A stretch of 64,000 nucleotides of DNA from an uncultured Pseudomonadota bacterium (GCA_963847705.1 CAWKBC010000044.1:56294-120293), one strand, 5' to 3'. Numbered from the stretch's first letter, positions 45,415 to 55,572 are shown. The notes: a model not told the origin generated them from the sequence alone. Numbers and translations: made by a program.

Positions 45415-48400
45415 ATGCTGCAGCGACTGGTCCGTTTCGTCCTGCGGATGCCCGCGTTCGTCCTGATCCTGGCGGGCGGCCTGCTGGCACTGGGACTCTA
45501 TTGCTACAAGCAGCTCGACATCGAGGCCTACCCCAACCCGGTGCCGCCGATGATCGAGATCATCACCCAGCCGAACGGCTGGAGCGCCGAGGAGGTCGAG
45601 CGCTACGTGACCATCCCCCTCGAGAACGGCCTCAACGGGATGATCGATCTCGACCACATCCGTTCACAATCGCTGTTCGGCCTGTCGGACGTGAAGTGCT
45701 ACTTCACCTGGAGCGCCGACTACCACACCGCCGAGCAGCGGGTGCTGAACCGCCTCAACTTCGTCACGCTGCCGCCGGGCATGTCGCCCCAGCTCTCTCC
45801 CTGGAGCGCCATCGGCGAGATCTACCGCTACGTCGTGCGCGGCGACGACTACTCGCTGACCGACCGCAAGACGGCGCAAGACTGGATCCTCGAGCGGCAG
45901 TTCCGCCAGGCCCCCGGCGTCATCGACGTGGTCGGTTACGGCGGCCTCACCAAGGAGTACCACGTCGAGGTCGACCCCTTTCGCCTCAAGGGCCACGGTC
46001 TCACGCTCAATCAGCTGGTGACCGCGCTGTCGAACTCCAACCAGAACGTCGGCGGGCAGCGGCTGACGATGGGCGAACAGTCGTTCGACGTGAGGGCGCT
46101 CGGCCTGTTTCGATCGCTGACTGACATCCGCGAGGTGGTCATCGCCGAGCAGCACGGAACGCCCGTCCGGGTGCGCGACGTCGCCGACGTCTCGGTCGGA
46201 CACGCGCCACGCCTGGGGATCGTGGGGAAGGATCTCGACCCCGACGTCGTGCAGGGGACCATCCTCATGCGCTACGGCGGAGACTCGCTGAAGACGCTCG
46301 ACAACGTCCACGAGAAGGTCGACCAGATCGCCAACTATCACATCCTGCCCCCCGGGATGCACATCGAGACCTACTACGACCGCGCCAACCTGGTCGAGTT
46401 GACCACCCACACGGTCATCGAGAACCTGCTCGTCGGGATGGTTCTGGTGGCGCTGGTGCTCTGGCTTTTTCTCGGACATGGACGGGCGGCGATCATCACC
46501 GCGCTCAACATCCCACTGGCGCTGATGATCGCCTTCATCGGCATGGTGGGGACGGGGACGCCGGCCAACCTGATCTCGCTGGGCGCGGTCGACTTCGGCA
46601 TCGTCGTCGACTCGACGGTGATCATGATGGAGAACATCTTCCGGCACCTGTCGGTGCCCGGGAAGCGGAACAAGATCGAACGGATCTTGCTGGCCGCCAG
46701 CGAGGTCGGGCCGCCGATGTTCTCCTCGACGCTGGTCATCGCGGTGGCGTTCATCCCGCTCTTCACGCTGACGGGGGTGGCAGGCGTGATCTTCTCGCCG
46801 ATGGCGCACACCTACGCCTTCGCCATCGGCGGCGCCATCGTCCTGGCGCTGACGCTCACGCCGGTGCTGGCGGAGCGGGTGCTCAAGATCCCCGAGGGGG
46901 CCCTGCGGCCGCCAGGTGAGACCGGCCGCTTCGCTGCCCTGGATGCCCACGAGCACGAGCCCGACAACTGGCTCATGCGCTTGCTGAAGAAGTTCTATGA
47001 GCCGCTGTTCGCCTTCTCGCTGCGCCACAAGCGCGCCGCGGTGACGATAGGCTCCGTCGTCGTGCTGGCCAGCCTGGCCGCCGGGAGCTCGCTGGGGCGC
47101 GAGTTCATGCCCAAGCTGGAGGAGGGGAATTTCTGGATCCGAGCCACGCTGCCGATGTCGATCTCGCTCGAGCAGTCGTCGAAGTACGTCGGTCGCATGC
47201 GGGCCGTCATCCTCGGTTGCCAGGACGTCGAGCACTGCGACCTCGCCCATCGCGCGCACCCGGAGATCACCAGCGTCGTCTCCCAGCTCGGGCGCCCCGA
47301 CGACGGCACCGACGTCTCGGGCTTCTACAACATCGAGCTCTTCGCGCCGCTCAAGCCCGCCAAGGAATGGCCGCGTGGCGTGACGAAGGAGTCGATGACC
47401 GCGGCTCTTTCAAAGGAGCTCGGAGAGGCCTTCCCGGGCGTCATCTTCAACTTCTCGCAGATGATCTCGGACAACGTCGAGGAGGCGCTCTCGGGCGTCA
47501 AAGGGGAAAACACGGTCAAGGTCGTGGGCCCTGACCTGCGCGTCAACGAGGCCAAGGCGAACGAGATCGTCGACGTGATGTCGACGGTGAAAGGCGTCGA
47601 GGACCTGGGGCTCTTCCCCTCGCTCGGCCAGCCCAACGTCCGCATCACGCCCGACCGGGTTCAATGCGGCCGTTATGGGCTCAACGTCGGCGACGTCCAG
47701 GCGGTCGTGCAGGCGGCCATCGGCGGTCAGGCGGTCACCCAGGTGTACGAAGGGGAAAAGCACTTCGACCTCACGGTCCGCTGGGCGCCCGGGTACCGCA
47801 AGGACCTCAAGGCGATCCGGGGCATCCTGGTGGCGACACCGGACGGCGCGCAGGTGCCGCTCGGCCAGCTGGCGCAGATCGCCGAGGAGGAGGGGCCGTC
47901 CCTCATCTACCGCGAGGACAACCGCCGCTACGCCCCGGTGAAGTTCTCGGTGCGTGGCCGCGACCTGGCCTCGACCATCGCCGAAGCCCGCGAGCGGATC
48001 GCCGAGAAGGTGAAGCTCCCCTACGACACCCACCTCGAGTGGGCGGGTGAGATCAACCAGCTCAACGAGGCGACCGGCCGCCTGGTCCTGATCATCCCGA
48101 TCACCCTGCTGGTGATCGCCATGCTGGTCTACTCGTCGGTCAAGAACTGGAAGGACATGCTGATCGTCCTGGGCGGCATCCCGGTCGCCTGCACCGGCGG
48201 CATCCTGGCGCTGCTCATCACGCGCACGCACTTCTCGATCTCGGCGGCGATGGGCTTCATCTCCATCTTCGGCATCTCGGTCCAGGACGCGCTCATCGTC
48301 GTGACCTACGCGCAGCGGCTGTGGGACGAGGGGCACGGCCTGGAGATGGGGGCGCGCGAGGCGGCGGAGCGGCGCCTCCGCCCCGTCTTGATGACGACCT

Positions 48401-48648
48401 TCGTGGCGATGCTGGGGCTGACGCCGGCCGCGCTCTCGCACGGCATCGGCGCCGATACGCAGAAGCCGCTGGCCATCGTGGTCATCGGCGGCGCGCTGAT
48501 CCTGGCCTTGCTGCCCCGCCTGCTGCAACCCGCGCTGCTGGTGCTGGCGCACACCGGTGAGCGCCGCTGGACCCGCCAGTCGGCGGCGGAACGCGCCCGC
48601 GACGCCATGCTCGCCGAATCGCCGAACCCCTCTCCTTCGTCCGCCTAG
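45415..48648 (+). CDS. CusA/CzcA-family heavy-metal RND transporter
   Basis: LDIEAYP, AEEVERYVTIPLE, ANLISLGAVDFGIVVD, EFMPKLEEG, RLRPVLMT, QKPLAIVVIGG. Confidence 0.94.
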   Translation: MLQRLVRFVLRMPAFVLILAGGLLALGLYCYKQLDIEAYPNPVPPMIEIITQPNGWSAEEVERYVTIPLENGLNGMIDLDHIRSQSLFGLSDVKCYFTWSADYHTAEQRVLNRLNFVTLPPGMSPQLSPWSAIGEIYRYVVRGDDYSLTDRKTAQDWILERQFRQAPGVIDVVGYGGLTKEYHVEVDPFRLKGHGLTLNQLVTALSNSNQNVGGQRLTMGEQSFDVRALGLFRSLTDIREVVIAEQHGTPVRVRDVADVSVGHAPRLGIVGKDLDPDVVQGTILMRYGGDSLKTLDNVHEKVDQIANYHILPPGMHIETYYDRANLVELTTHTVIENLLVGMVLVALVLWLFLGHGRAAIITALNIPLALMIAFIGMVGTGTPANLISLGAVDFGIVVDSTVIMMENIFRHLSVPGKRNKIERILLAASEVGPPMFSSTLVIAVAFIPLFTLTGVAGVIFSPMAHTYAFAIGGAIVLALTLTPVLAERVLKIPEGALRPPGETGRFAALDAHEHEPDNWLMRLLKKFYEPLFAFSLRHKRAAVTIGSVVVLASLAAGSSLGREFMPKLEEGNFWIRATLPMSISLEQSSKYVGRMRAVILGCQDVEHCDLAHRAHPEITSVVSQLGRPDDGTDVSGFYNIELFAPLKPAKEWPRGVTKESMTAALSKELGEAFPGVIFNFSQMISDNVEEALSGVKGENTVKVVGPDLRVNEAKANEIVDVMSTVKGVEDLGLFPSLGQPNVRITPDRVQCGRYGLNVGDVQAVVQAAIGGQAVTQVYEGEKHFDLTVRWAPGYRKDLKAIRGILVATPDGAQVPLGQLAQIAEEEGPSLIYREDNRRYAPVKFSVRGRDLASTIAEARERIAEKVKLPYDTHLEWAGEINQLNEATGRLVLIIPITLLVIAMLVYSSVKNWKDMLIVLGGIPVACTGGILALLITRTHFSISAAMGFISIFGISVQDALIVVTYAQRLWDEGHGLEMGAREAAERRLRPVLMTTFVAMLGLTPAALSHGIGADTQKPLAIVVIGGALILALLPRLLQPALLVLAHTGERRWTRQSAAERARDAMLAESPNPSPSSA

Positions 48649-49562
48649 GCCTGGGCGCTCGCGGCTTGGCGCCGGAACAGGCGCGCCAACCAGCTCTCCG
48701 GCAGATAGCAGGTCAAGAGCAGGGTGCTCATCAGGAGCGCGAACCAGATCACCGGCCCGAACATCAGCCCGATGAGCGCGTGCATCCCGAGGCCCGCCAG
48801 CACCGCATACCGGCGCGTCCAGGGGAGCGCGAACCAGAGCGGCGCCGCCGTCTCGAAGGTCAGCGACAGGTACTGCAGCGCCTGCCATCCCCAGCCCGGA
48901 ACCGCGCGCACCAGCAGCCAGGAGATGGTCGTCTGGTAGTTGTCGTGCAGGTGGCTCCAGAGCACGTCACCCCCCAGCCAGTCGCCGCGCAGCTTGGCGA
49001 TCCCCGCTCCCGAGTACATCGCGCAGAGAAAAATCTGAAAGAAGCGGATGACGCCCCCCGAGACGTGCGTCGGGACCGGCGCCGCCGGATCTCGCCGCTG
49101 CCGCCGCCAGGCGTCGATGCCGTAGCGCGCGCCCGACGGGCTGAGACAGAGCGCCAGCGCCAGCATCGGCCCGAGCTTGCTGACGGTGAAGGCCTCCAGC
49201 CGATCGGCGAGCGCCAGGTACGCCAGCAGCGCCGCGAACAACCCCGCCGACGCCCGGGTGAAGAATCCGGCCGTGAGCGCGAGCCCGCTGACGACGGTCA
49301 GGATGGCGATCGTCCAGGCGACCCCGGGCGACACCGGCGGGATGTAGAGCGGCTGGCGCCAGTCGTGGCCACCGAGGTAGGGGACGCGGAATCCGACCGG
49401 GCTCAGCCAGTGATCGGCGTGAATCAGGCGCGACGACTGGAACGCCAGCAGCACCAGCGGAAGCAGGATGCGGGCGAACGCCAGCCGCTCGATCGGCTGC
49501 GGCGCGTTCAGCCAGTCTTCGAGGCGCGTCCGCCAGGTCACCTGGCGCGGCGGCCGCTTCAT
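48645..49562 (-). CDS. HTTM-domain membrane protein (SdpB / vitamin-K-dependent carboxylase-like)
   Basis: LAFARI, LTAGFFTR, YGIDAW, MYSGAGIAKLRGDW, FETAAP, GMHALI. Confidence 0.8.
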   Translation of the reverse strand: MKRPPRQVTWRTRLEDWLNAPQPIERLAFARILLPLVLLAFQSSRLIHADHWLSPVGFRVPYLGGHDWRQPLYIPPVSPGVAWTIAILTVVSGLALTAGFFTRASAGLFAALLAYLALADRLEAFTVSKLGPMLALALCLSPSGARYGIDAWRRQRRDPAAPVPTHVSGGVIRFFQIFLCAMYSGAGIAKLRGDWLGGDVLWSHLHDNYQTTISWLLVRAVPGWGWQALQYLSLTFETAAPLWFALPWTRRYAVLAGLGMHALIGLMFGPVIWFALLMSTLLLTCYLPESWLARLFRRQAASAQA

Positions 49563-50197
49563 GGGGCGCCCAGCTCCTCGCAGCGGCGCGTGCGGTCATC
49601 CGACGAGGTGACGTACCAGTACTTGCGCTCCACCTCCTGCGGATAGTCGGTGAGCGGCAGCCGCTGGTAGCGGCCCTCGGGCGTCCCCGGCGGCGGAATC
49701 GGGATGCGCAGGTCGAGCAGCATCACCCCGCCGATGCGGGCCTCCGGATGCGCGCGGTTGTGCGCCTCGACGATGAACTTGTCGAGCGCCTCCAGCACGC
49801 GCCGCTGCCGGTAGTGGAAGAACATGGCACGGTAGAAACGACTCTCCTTGTCGTCGCGCCGGATCGGGAAGAACGGGCGCACGTCGATCTCCTCGAAGCG
49901 GCCGAGATCGCAGCGCCACCCTTCGGCGCGCCATTCGATGGCGTCGCGCGCGGAGTGGGGGAACAGCGCCGCCTCCTGCACGAAGAAGCGCAGCGGCAAA
50001 GGAAGGACGGCGTCCGGCAGGCCGATCCCCGCGCCGTCCATCCAGACGAACAGCGCGTAGAGGGCGGCCAGCACCGCGACAACCCGCCGCGCGCGCGGCG
50101 ACAGCCACGGCTCGGCCATGACGCGCGGACGGTCGGGCCGCGTCAACTCTGGCTTCGCGGCGCCGCTCGCGGCACCGCTGGGCTTTCCTGCAGGCAT
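49559..50197 (-). CDS. Hypothetical membrane-anchored partner of the HTTM protein
   Basis: Single N-terminal TM, two Cys; overlaps the HTTM start (ATGA coupling). Alternative start at 50119. Confidence 0.65.
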   Translation of the reverse strand: MPAGKPSGAASGAAKPELTRPDRPRVMAEPWLSPRARRVVAVLAALYALFVWMDGAGIGLPDAVLPLPLRFFVQEAALFPHSARDAIEWRAEGWRCDLGRFEEIDVRPFFPIRRDDKESRFYRAMFFHYRQRRVLEALDKFIVEAHNRAHPEARIGGVMLLDLRIPIPPPGTPEGRYQRLPLTDYPQEVERKYWYVTSSDDRTRRCEELGAP

Positions 50198-50395
50198 GAG
50201 CTCCCGATCTACTAGGAAAAGGCCCCTCGAAGGGTCCTTTTAATCCCCCCGCGGACGAGTTCCGCCGGCGAAAGCCCGTCGACACGCACGCGGATCGACG
50301 TGGTTGCGCGGCGTCCAAGCCGCAGCGTAGGCCAGCCCACTTACCAGCGACCGATCGCGCGTGTCCATCATCTGAACAGACGGAGGGATCGAGCC

Positions 50396-50860
50396 ATGAA
50401 AAGGATTTTGACGGCTGTGCTCGGGTTGGCGTTGCTGGCGGCTCCCGCCGCGGCTTTCGCGCGCGGTGGCGGTGGCGGCGGCTTCCACGGCGGCGGCGGG
50501 TTCCATGGCGGCGGCGGCTTCCACGGTGGCGGCGGCTTCCACGCGGCGCCGGCCGCCGGATTCCACGGCGGCTTCCGCGTCGCTCAGCCGTATGGCGGCT
50601 ACCACGGACCAGCGGTCCGCGTCGGACCGGGGTACCGCGGCCCGGTGTACGGCGCGCGCGGCCCGGTCGTCGTGCGGCCGCTCAGCGGCCGCGTCTACGT
50701 CCCCGGCTACTGGGGCTTCCGGGGCGGCGCGAGCGTCTGGATCGGCCCCACCTGGACGGTCGCCCCCTATCCCGGCTGGAGCTGGGTCGCGCCCCACTGG
50801 GCCTGGAACGGCTACACCTGGGTCTGGCAAGAGGGCTACTGGGCCCCGCCGGCTTACTGA
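50396..50860 (+). CDS. Secreted Gly/His-rich protein with YXWGXW-like repeats
   Basis: GGAGG RBS; signal peptide ending AFA; (GGGGFH)x4; YVPGYW and WVAPHWAWNGYTWVWQEGYW. Confidence 0.8.
   Translation: MKRILTAVLGLALLAAPAAAFARGGGGGGFHGGGGFHGGGGFHGGGGFHAAPAAGFHGGFRVAQPYGGYHGPAVRVGPGYRGPVYGARGPVVVRPLSGRVYVPGYWGFRGGASVWIGPTWTVAPYPGWSWVAPHWAWNGYTWVWQEGYWAPPAY
50471..50542 (+). repeat. Four 18-bp coding repeats (GGGGFH)
   Basis: GGYGGCGGCGGSTTCCAY units at 50471, 50489, 50507 and 50525. Confidence 0.9.
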
Positions 50861-51037
50861 CCTCGTCCGAAACCTCCGACTCGTTGCGACCCGTGGTCGT
50901 CCGGCATGACCGGCGCGACTCACGGGTCGTGTCGATCTGGGCGGTGACCGACGGCGGCGTGAAGGCGCTTCGGCGGCGGTTCCTTCGTAGCTGCGCGTGG
51001 GCGCAACCTGATCACGGAACTGTTCTATGCTCGTGCC

Positions 51038-51910
51038 ATGGGGCGCGGGGTGGTTCTGGCTTTGATTGGTTTGGCCGCTGGTTTCGGTGGCGCGTGTGGT
51101 CCGGCTTCGAGCACGAAGGACGGCGGCCCGAGGGGCACGGGAGGGTCGGGAGTCGCCGTTGACGGCGGCGGCGCGGCTGGCAACGCGGGCGGCCACGCCG
51201 GTGGTGTCGAAGGAGGCCGCGACGGGGGGATGGATGGACCGCTGGACGCCTCCGCCGATGCTTCCGACGCCGCCTGCCCTGCCTCGAAATACCAGTTCGC
51301 TTTCACTCCGGTCGGGTGCCGACCACTGCCCTCGGGCGCGTGCCAATCCCAGGACGACTGCGGCGGCGCCGCCTATGCCTCGGTCATCGGCTGCCGGCCC
51401 TTCGCGTGCGGCTCCGCGCAAGGCAAGTGCACACTTCGCGAAAGTATGTTGTGTCCCATCCTTTCGATTCAGAACTGTGGGTGCGACGGCTCGACGTACT
51501 ACAACGAGTGCGACCTGGTCGATGAGCTCGTCGCCGTACAGTACCCGGGCCCCTGCCGCAGCGGCGCGCTCTCGACCTGCGACGCCACCCATCCCTGTTC
51601 GGCCGGCCAGGAGTGCGCCGAAGATCCGCGGGCCTCGTGCCCTCCTGGAACGGATTGCCCCGGCGTCTGTTTGACCGCAGCCACCTACCCTTGTGGCCAG
51701 GGCGGACAGGGGCCGTCGTATTGCATCGACGGCTACTGCGTCGCCGCTCAGCAGAGCTCGACGTGCAGCGGAGCTGCTTGCAGCTTTTGCACGTTCGGCG
51801 GTGCCTCCTGTGACGAAGCGAGCTGTCCCGCCGGCCAGCTTTGCGTTCCGTCGATCGGATGCAGCGCCGCCGACGCCGGCGCGTGCGGGCGACTCTGCGT
51901 GATTCCTTGA
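51038..51910 (+). CDS. Cys-rich lipoprotein with Kazal-like module
   Basis: Lipobox-like GGAC; DGG/DAS linker; CPILSIQNCGCDGSTYYNECD..YPGPC. Confidence 0.7.
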   Translation: MGRGVVLALIGLAAGFGGACGPASSTKDGGPRGTGGSGVAVDGGGAAGNAGGHAGGVEGGRDGGMDGPLDASADASDAACPASKYQFAFTPVGCRPLPSGACQSQDDCGGAAYASVIGCRPFACGSAQGKCTLRESMLCPILSIQNCGCDGSTYYNECDLVDELVAVQYPGPCRSGALSTCDATHPCSAGQECAEDPRASCPPGTDCPGVCLTAATYPCGQGGQGPSYCIDGYCVAAQQSSTCSGAACSFCTFGGASCDEASCPAGQLCVPSIGCSAADAGACGRLCVIP

Positions 51911-51994
51911 GGCGGGTCCACCAGCAAAAGCCGGGGTCATCGCGACTTGTCGCAGTGAGCGCCCGCCCGTCGGCGGATCGCTTCTCCCCGGCGA

Positions 51995-53785
51995 CTATCG
52001 TCTCGGGCGCCGCGAGGTCGAAGGCGCGCGCCGGCGGAGTGAGGCCGCGCCGAGCGCCGCCAGCAGGAGGGCGAGGCCGCTGGCGCCGGGGCCGCTCGCG
52101 CTGTCGCAGCTGCAGGTCGTGATGCCCCCTTCGTGCACCATCGACGAGCCGCCCGCCCCGCTGCCACCCGCGCCCGTGGCGGAAGCACCGGCCGCGCCGC
52201 TGGTGCCGCCGGTGTTGCTGCGCCCGCCCGTTCCAGGGCTGCCGCCGGTTCCCGGTAGCGGCGCGCCAGCGTCCGGATGTGGAACCACGATGCCGCCGTC
52301 AGGAATCGCGCATTGGCCATCGGAGCAAACCTGTCCCGTCGGACAGACGACCCCCTGGCACCCATCCTGACAGGCACCCTTCACGCACACCGTCGAGGGC
52401 GGGTTGCACGTGACCTGGTCACACCCCGTGTCGACGCAGCTGCCGTTCTTCAAGCAGGTCTGCCCGCTCGGGCATGCCCGACACGAGCAGGGGGCGACAC
52501 AGACACCGTTGTCGCAGACCTGCGTGCTGTCGCAGGTGACGTTGGCGCACGGATCGACGCAGTTGCCTAGGCGGCAGACCTGTCCGTCCGGACATATGAC
52601 GCCATTGCAGCCTCCAATGCAGATCCCCTGGTAGCAGACCTGCTCGGACCCGCACATGACGCCGACGCACGACGGATCCTTACAGAGTCCGTCGGTGCTG
52701 TCGCAGACAGTCGGGGGGCCGCAGGGGAACTCGCTGTTCGTGCAGGGGAAGACGCAGGTCCCCTGGCTGCACACCTGCCCCGCCGGACAGAGATTGGGAG
52801 CATCGGGGTTGTCGACAGTGCCGTCGCAATCGTCGTCGAGGCCGTTGCAGACCTCGGTCGCTGGTTTGAGGTTCGGTTCGCAGGTGATCGTCATGCCGCC
52901 GTTCGAGCACTGGGTGGTCCCGTCGGCGCAGATGCCGGGCATCCCGGTCATGCAGTCAACGCCGCCGCCCTCGCAGTCCAGACCGGTCACGTAGAAGACG
53001 AAGTCGTTGAAGTCGCCGTCGCAGCCATCGGCCGTCCAGCTCGAGGCCGGCATCGGGAGATCTTCATACGCGATGTAGTAAGCGCTGGGATTCACCGTCG
53101 ACTGATAGATCAGCGTCGTGACCCAGGGAACCTTGTACTGCGTGGAAACGGTGTTCAGGTCGGCCTCGGAATACTTTGTCTGCGAGCACTGACCCGAGTT
53201 GCCGATGAGCGCGAATCCCACCTGGCCGCCCTTGTAATTGGGGTTGCTGGCAATCGACGACGCATTCCAAGTGTAGATCGCCCAGGTGTGCTGGCCGGCC
53301 TGATTGGGATCCATGTCCATCTCGGCCATCGGGCAGAAATCTCCATCCTGGCAGCTGATGCCGTTGGGTGGCGGCTGCTTCAGATTGGCCGGGACCAACG
53401 TGTAAATCTGTGCAGCTGCGGGCGGCGTCGTGCTGCCAGGGGTGGCGTTGTACCAGCCAAGTGCGTTCGCACAACCGCCGCCGTGCAGAACGATCTGCCC
53501 AGTAAACCCGCACTGGGGCGAAAAGGTGCCTGGTGTCTGATGAGCATCCTTGACCGGATCGATGGTCTCGCCGCGAATTGAGAATAGACCGGCGAGCGTG
53601 TCGTCGCTGGCCAGAAAGCCGCGGCTCGTGACGACGGCGAGCTCCGCCGTTCCCGTTGGCTGCGGTAACGACGTTCCGTCGGGCTCGGAGACCGTCGCGC
53701 GGGCGGGCGGCGACAGAAACAGGATCGATGCACCGAGGGGAAGCACGAACCGGCTGCGCACAGCAAAGCTAAGGGAGGCCTTCAT
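51995..53785 (-). CDS. Cell-surface protein: DUF4114-like domain, MopE-like repeat, Cys-rich repeats, MYXO-CTERM tail
   Basis: Signal peptide ending ARA; YYIAYEDL..DGDFNDFVF; EVCNGLDDDCDG; C..GQVC..G.C repeats; tail CSC..PGASGLALLLAALGAASLRRR. Confidence 0.8.
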   Translation of the reverse strand: MKASLSFAVRSRFVLPLGASILFLSPPARATVSEPDGTSLPQPTGTAELAVVTSRGFLASDDTLAGLFSIRGETIDPVKDAHQTPGTFSPQCGFTGQIVLHGGGCANALGWYNATPGSTTPPAAAQIYTLVPANLKQPPPNGISCQDGDFCPMAEMDMDPNQAGQHTWAIYTWNASSIASNPNYKGGQVGFALIGNSGQCSQTKYSEADLNTVSTQYKVPWVTTLIYQSTVNPSAYYIAYEDLPMPASSWTADGCDGDFNDFVFYVTGLDCEGGGVDCMTGMPGICADGTTQCSNGGMTITCEPNLKPATEVCNGLDDDCDGTVDNPDAPNLCPAGQVCSQGTCVFPCTNSEFPCGPPTVCDSTDGLCKDPSCVGVMCGSEQVCYQGICIGGCNGVICPDGQVCRLGNCVDPCANVTCDSTQVCDNGVCVAPCSCRACPSGQTCLKNGSCVDTGCDQVTCNPPSTVCVKGACQDGCQGVVCPTGQVCSDGQCAIPDGGIVVPHPDAGAPLPGTGGSPGTGGRSNTGGTSGAAGASATGAGGSGAGGSSMVHEGGITTCSCDSASGPGASGLALLLAALGAASLRRRAPSTSRRPRR

Positions 53786-53907
53786 GAGGCGATTTTGCGC
53801 CTTTTCGAGGCGCTGGGGAAGCAGCCGACAGCGCTCACGGCAAGAGCGCGGTGGCCGGGGTGCTCCGGCCGAGGTAGATCCCGTGCCCACATTCCCGGAG
53901 GTCCCCG

Positions 53908-54426
53908 ATGTATCACTTGATCGTTCGTCAGTTCATGCGCTCCCTCAAGAACCTGGACACCATCATGGAGCGTGCAGAGAAGCACGCCGGCGCCCGCAAG
54001 TTCGACGCCAACAACTTCCTCACGCAGCGGCTCTACCCAGACATGCTGCCGTTCACCGTGCAGATCCGCATCGCCTGTGACACCGCCAAGGCGACGGCGG
54101 CCAACCTGGCCGGCAAGGACGCCCCCAAGCATGAGGACAACGAGACGACCTTCGGTGAGCTGCGCGGCCGCATCGCCAAGTGTCTCGGGTACCTGGAGAC
54201 GCTGTCGGCCAAGGACTTCGAGCGCACCAAGGCCGACCAGCCGGTCAAGCTGCCCGACCGTCCGGACCGCCCCGGCAAGACGCTGCGCGCCGAGGAGTAC
54301 CTGGTCGGCCGGCAGATCCCGAACTTCTACTTCCACGTCGTGACGGCCTACGATATTTTGCGTCAAGGCGGCGTGGAGATCGGCAAGAGCGACTATCTGG
54401 GCTCGCTGGAATATCTCGAAGGCTGA
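53908..54426 (+). CDS. DUF1993 domain protein
   Basis: RLYPDMLPFTVQIRIACDTAK, ELRGRI, PNFYFHVVTAYDILRQGGVEIGKSDYLG. Confidence 0.92.
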   Translation: MYHLIVRQFMRSLKNLDTIMERAEKHAGARKFDANNFLTQRLYPDMLPFTVQIRIACDTAKATAANLAGKDAPKHEDNETTFGELRGRIAKCLGYLETLSAKDFERTKADQPVKLPDRPDRPGKTLRAEEYLVGRQIPNFYFHVVTAYDILRQGGVEIGKSDYLGSLEYLEG

Positions 54427-54453
54427 TCGCGCTCGCGGGCACAAACGGGACCG

Positions 54454-55545
54454 TTGACGCCACATAAGATCCTCGCGGCCCTGTCGCTTTGCTTCGCCGT
54501 CGCGCGCGCGCCTGCCGCGCGCGCGGCGGAACCCGTCGCGGAGGACGATCCCTCCGTCGGCGTCGAGCCGGCCGTCGGCGATGGGTCGTCGCCCGAAGAG
54601 GCGGCACCCCCGCCGGAGTCCCAGCCGCCGCAAAAGCCAGAGCTCTCCTTCCTCGAGACCTACTATCCGCCGCCCGTCGACGGCCCGGAGCTGCGTCTCC
54701 CCGAGTCGCCGACGCGCCTCTACCTCGACGGCGCCTACGCCGCCAGCAGCGATCTCTCGGCCCTGCAGCTGATCCAGGGAAGCGGCAAGAACGTTCGCTT
54801 CTCCGTCGGTGGCGCCTGGCGCTGGCACCGGTTCTCGTTCGAGGGGGAGGTGCCGTTCGTGCAAATCACCACGCTGAACGTAACCGCGGTCTCCGGCGGC
54901 CAACCCCCCATCCCTTCCGACGCGCACCAGACGGGCATCTCCTTCGGCGACGTTCGGGTGGGCGCGACCTGGACGACGCACCTGGTGGGCTACGCGCTGG
55001 TCGGCGGGTTCGGCCTGCGGGCGCGGCTGCCCACCCACAGCACCAACTTCACGTTTCACATCCAGAGCACGCCGACCTCCACGCCGATGCCGCTCACCTA
55101 CGCGTTCCCGTACTACTTTCACTTCGAGCCGACGGCGATCCTGGGCGGCGCGCTCGGTCGCTTCGTCTTCGTCATCAACGAGGGTCTGGACGTCCTCTGG
55201 GGACCCAACGGTGAAATCGAGGGGCAGCTGGTGGTCGTTCCGACCATCGCCTTCTGGGACTCACACGTCGCGATCGCCTTCGCGCCCTTCGATTTTCTGG
55301 GCGCCTCCGTCGAGCTCGGGACCGACATCCAGATCAACAACACCAACGACCCCCAGTTTCCAATTTCCGACATCCGGTCGGCCTGGGTGGCGCCGGCGCT
55401 CCAGTTCCACCTCGGCGACTATCGCGTCGATCTCATCGCGCGCCTCGGCCTGCCGGGGACCGCCCACGGGACCGATCCTTTCGGGGTCCTCGAGTTCGTG
55501 GGAACCAGCTCGTACACCCTGCGCGTGGGTCGGTCCTTCAATTAA
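54454..55545 (+). CDS. Putative outer-membrane beta-barrel protein
   Basis: Signal peptide; alternating amphipathic strands; GDVRVG..LRARLPT; terminal strand YTLRVGRSF. Confidence 0.6.
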   Translation: MTPHKILAALSLCFAVARAPAARAAEPVAEDDPSVGVEPAVGDGSSPEEAAPPPESQPPQKPELSFLETYYPPPVDGPELRLPESPTRLYLDGAYAASSDLSALQLIQGSGKNVRFSVGGAWRWHRFSFEGEVPFVQITTLNVTAVSGGQPPIPSDAHQTGISFGDVRVGATWTTHLVGYALVGGFGLRARLPTHSTNFTFHIQSTPTSTPMPLTYAFPYYFHFEPTAILGGALGRFVFVINEGLDVLWGPNGEIEGQLVVVPTIAFWDSHVAIAFAPFDFLGASVELGTDIQINNTNDPQFPISDIRSAWVAPALQFHLGDYRVDLIARLGLPGTAHGTDPFGVLEFVGTSSYTLRVGRSFN

Positions 55546-55572
55546 AGGGAAGATGGAGGTACCGTTAGAGGT

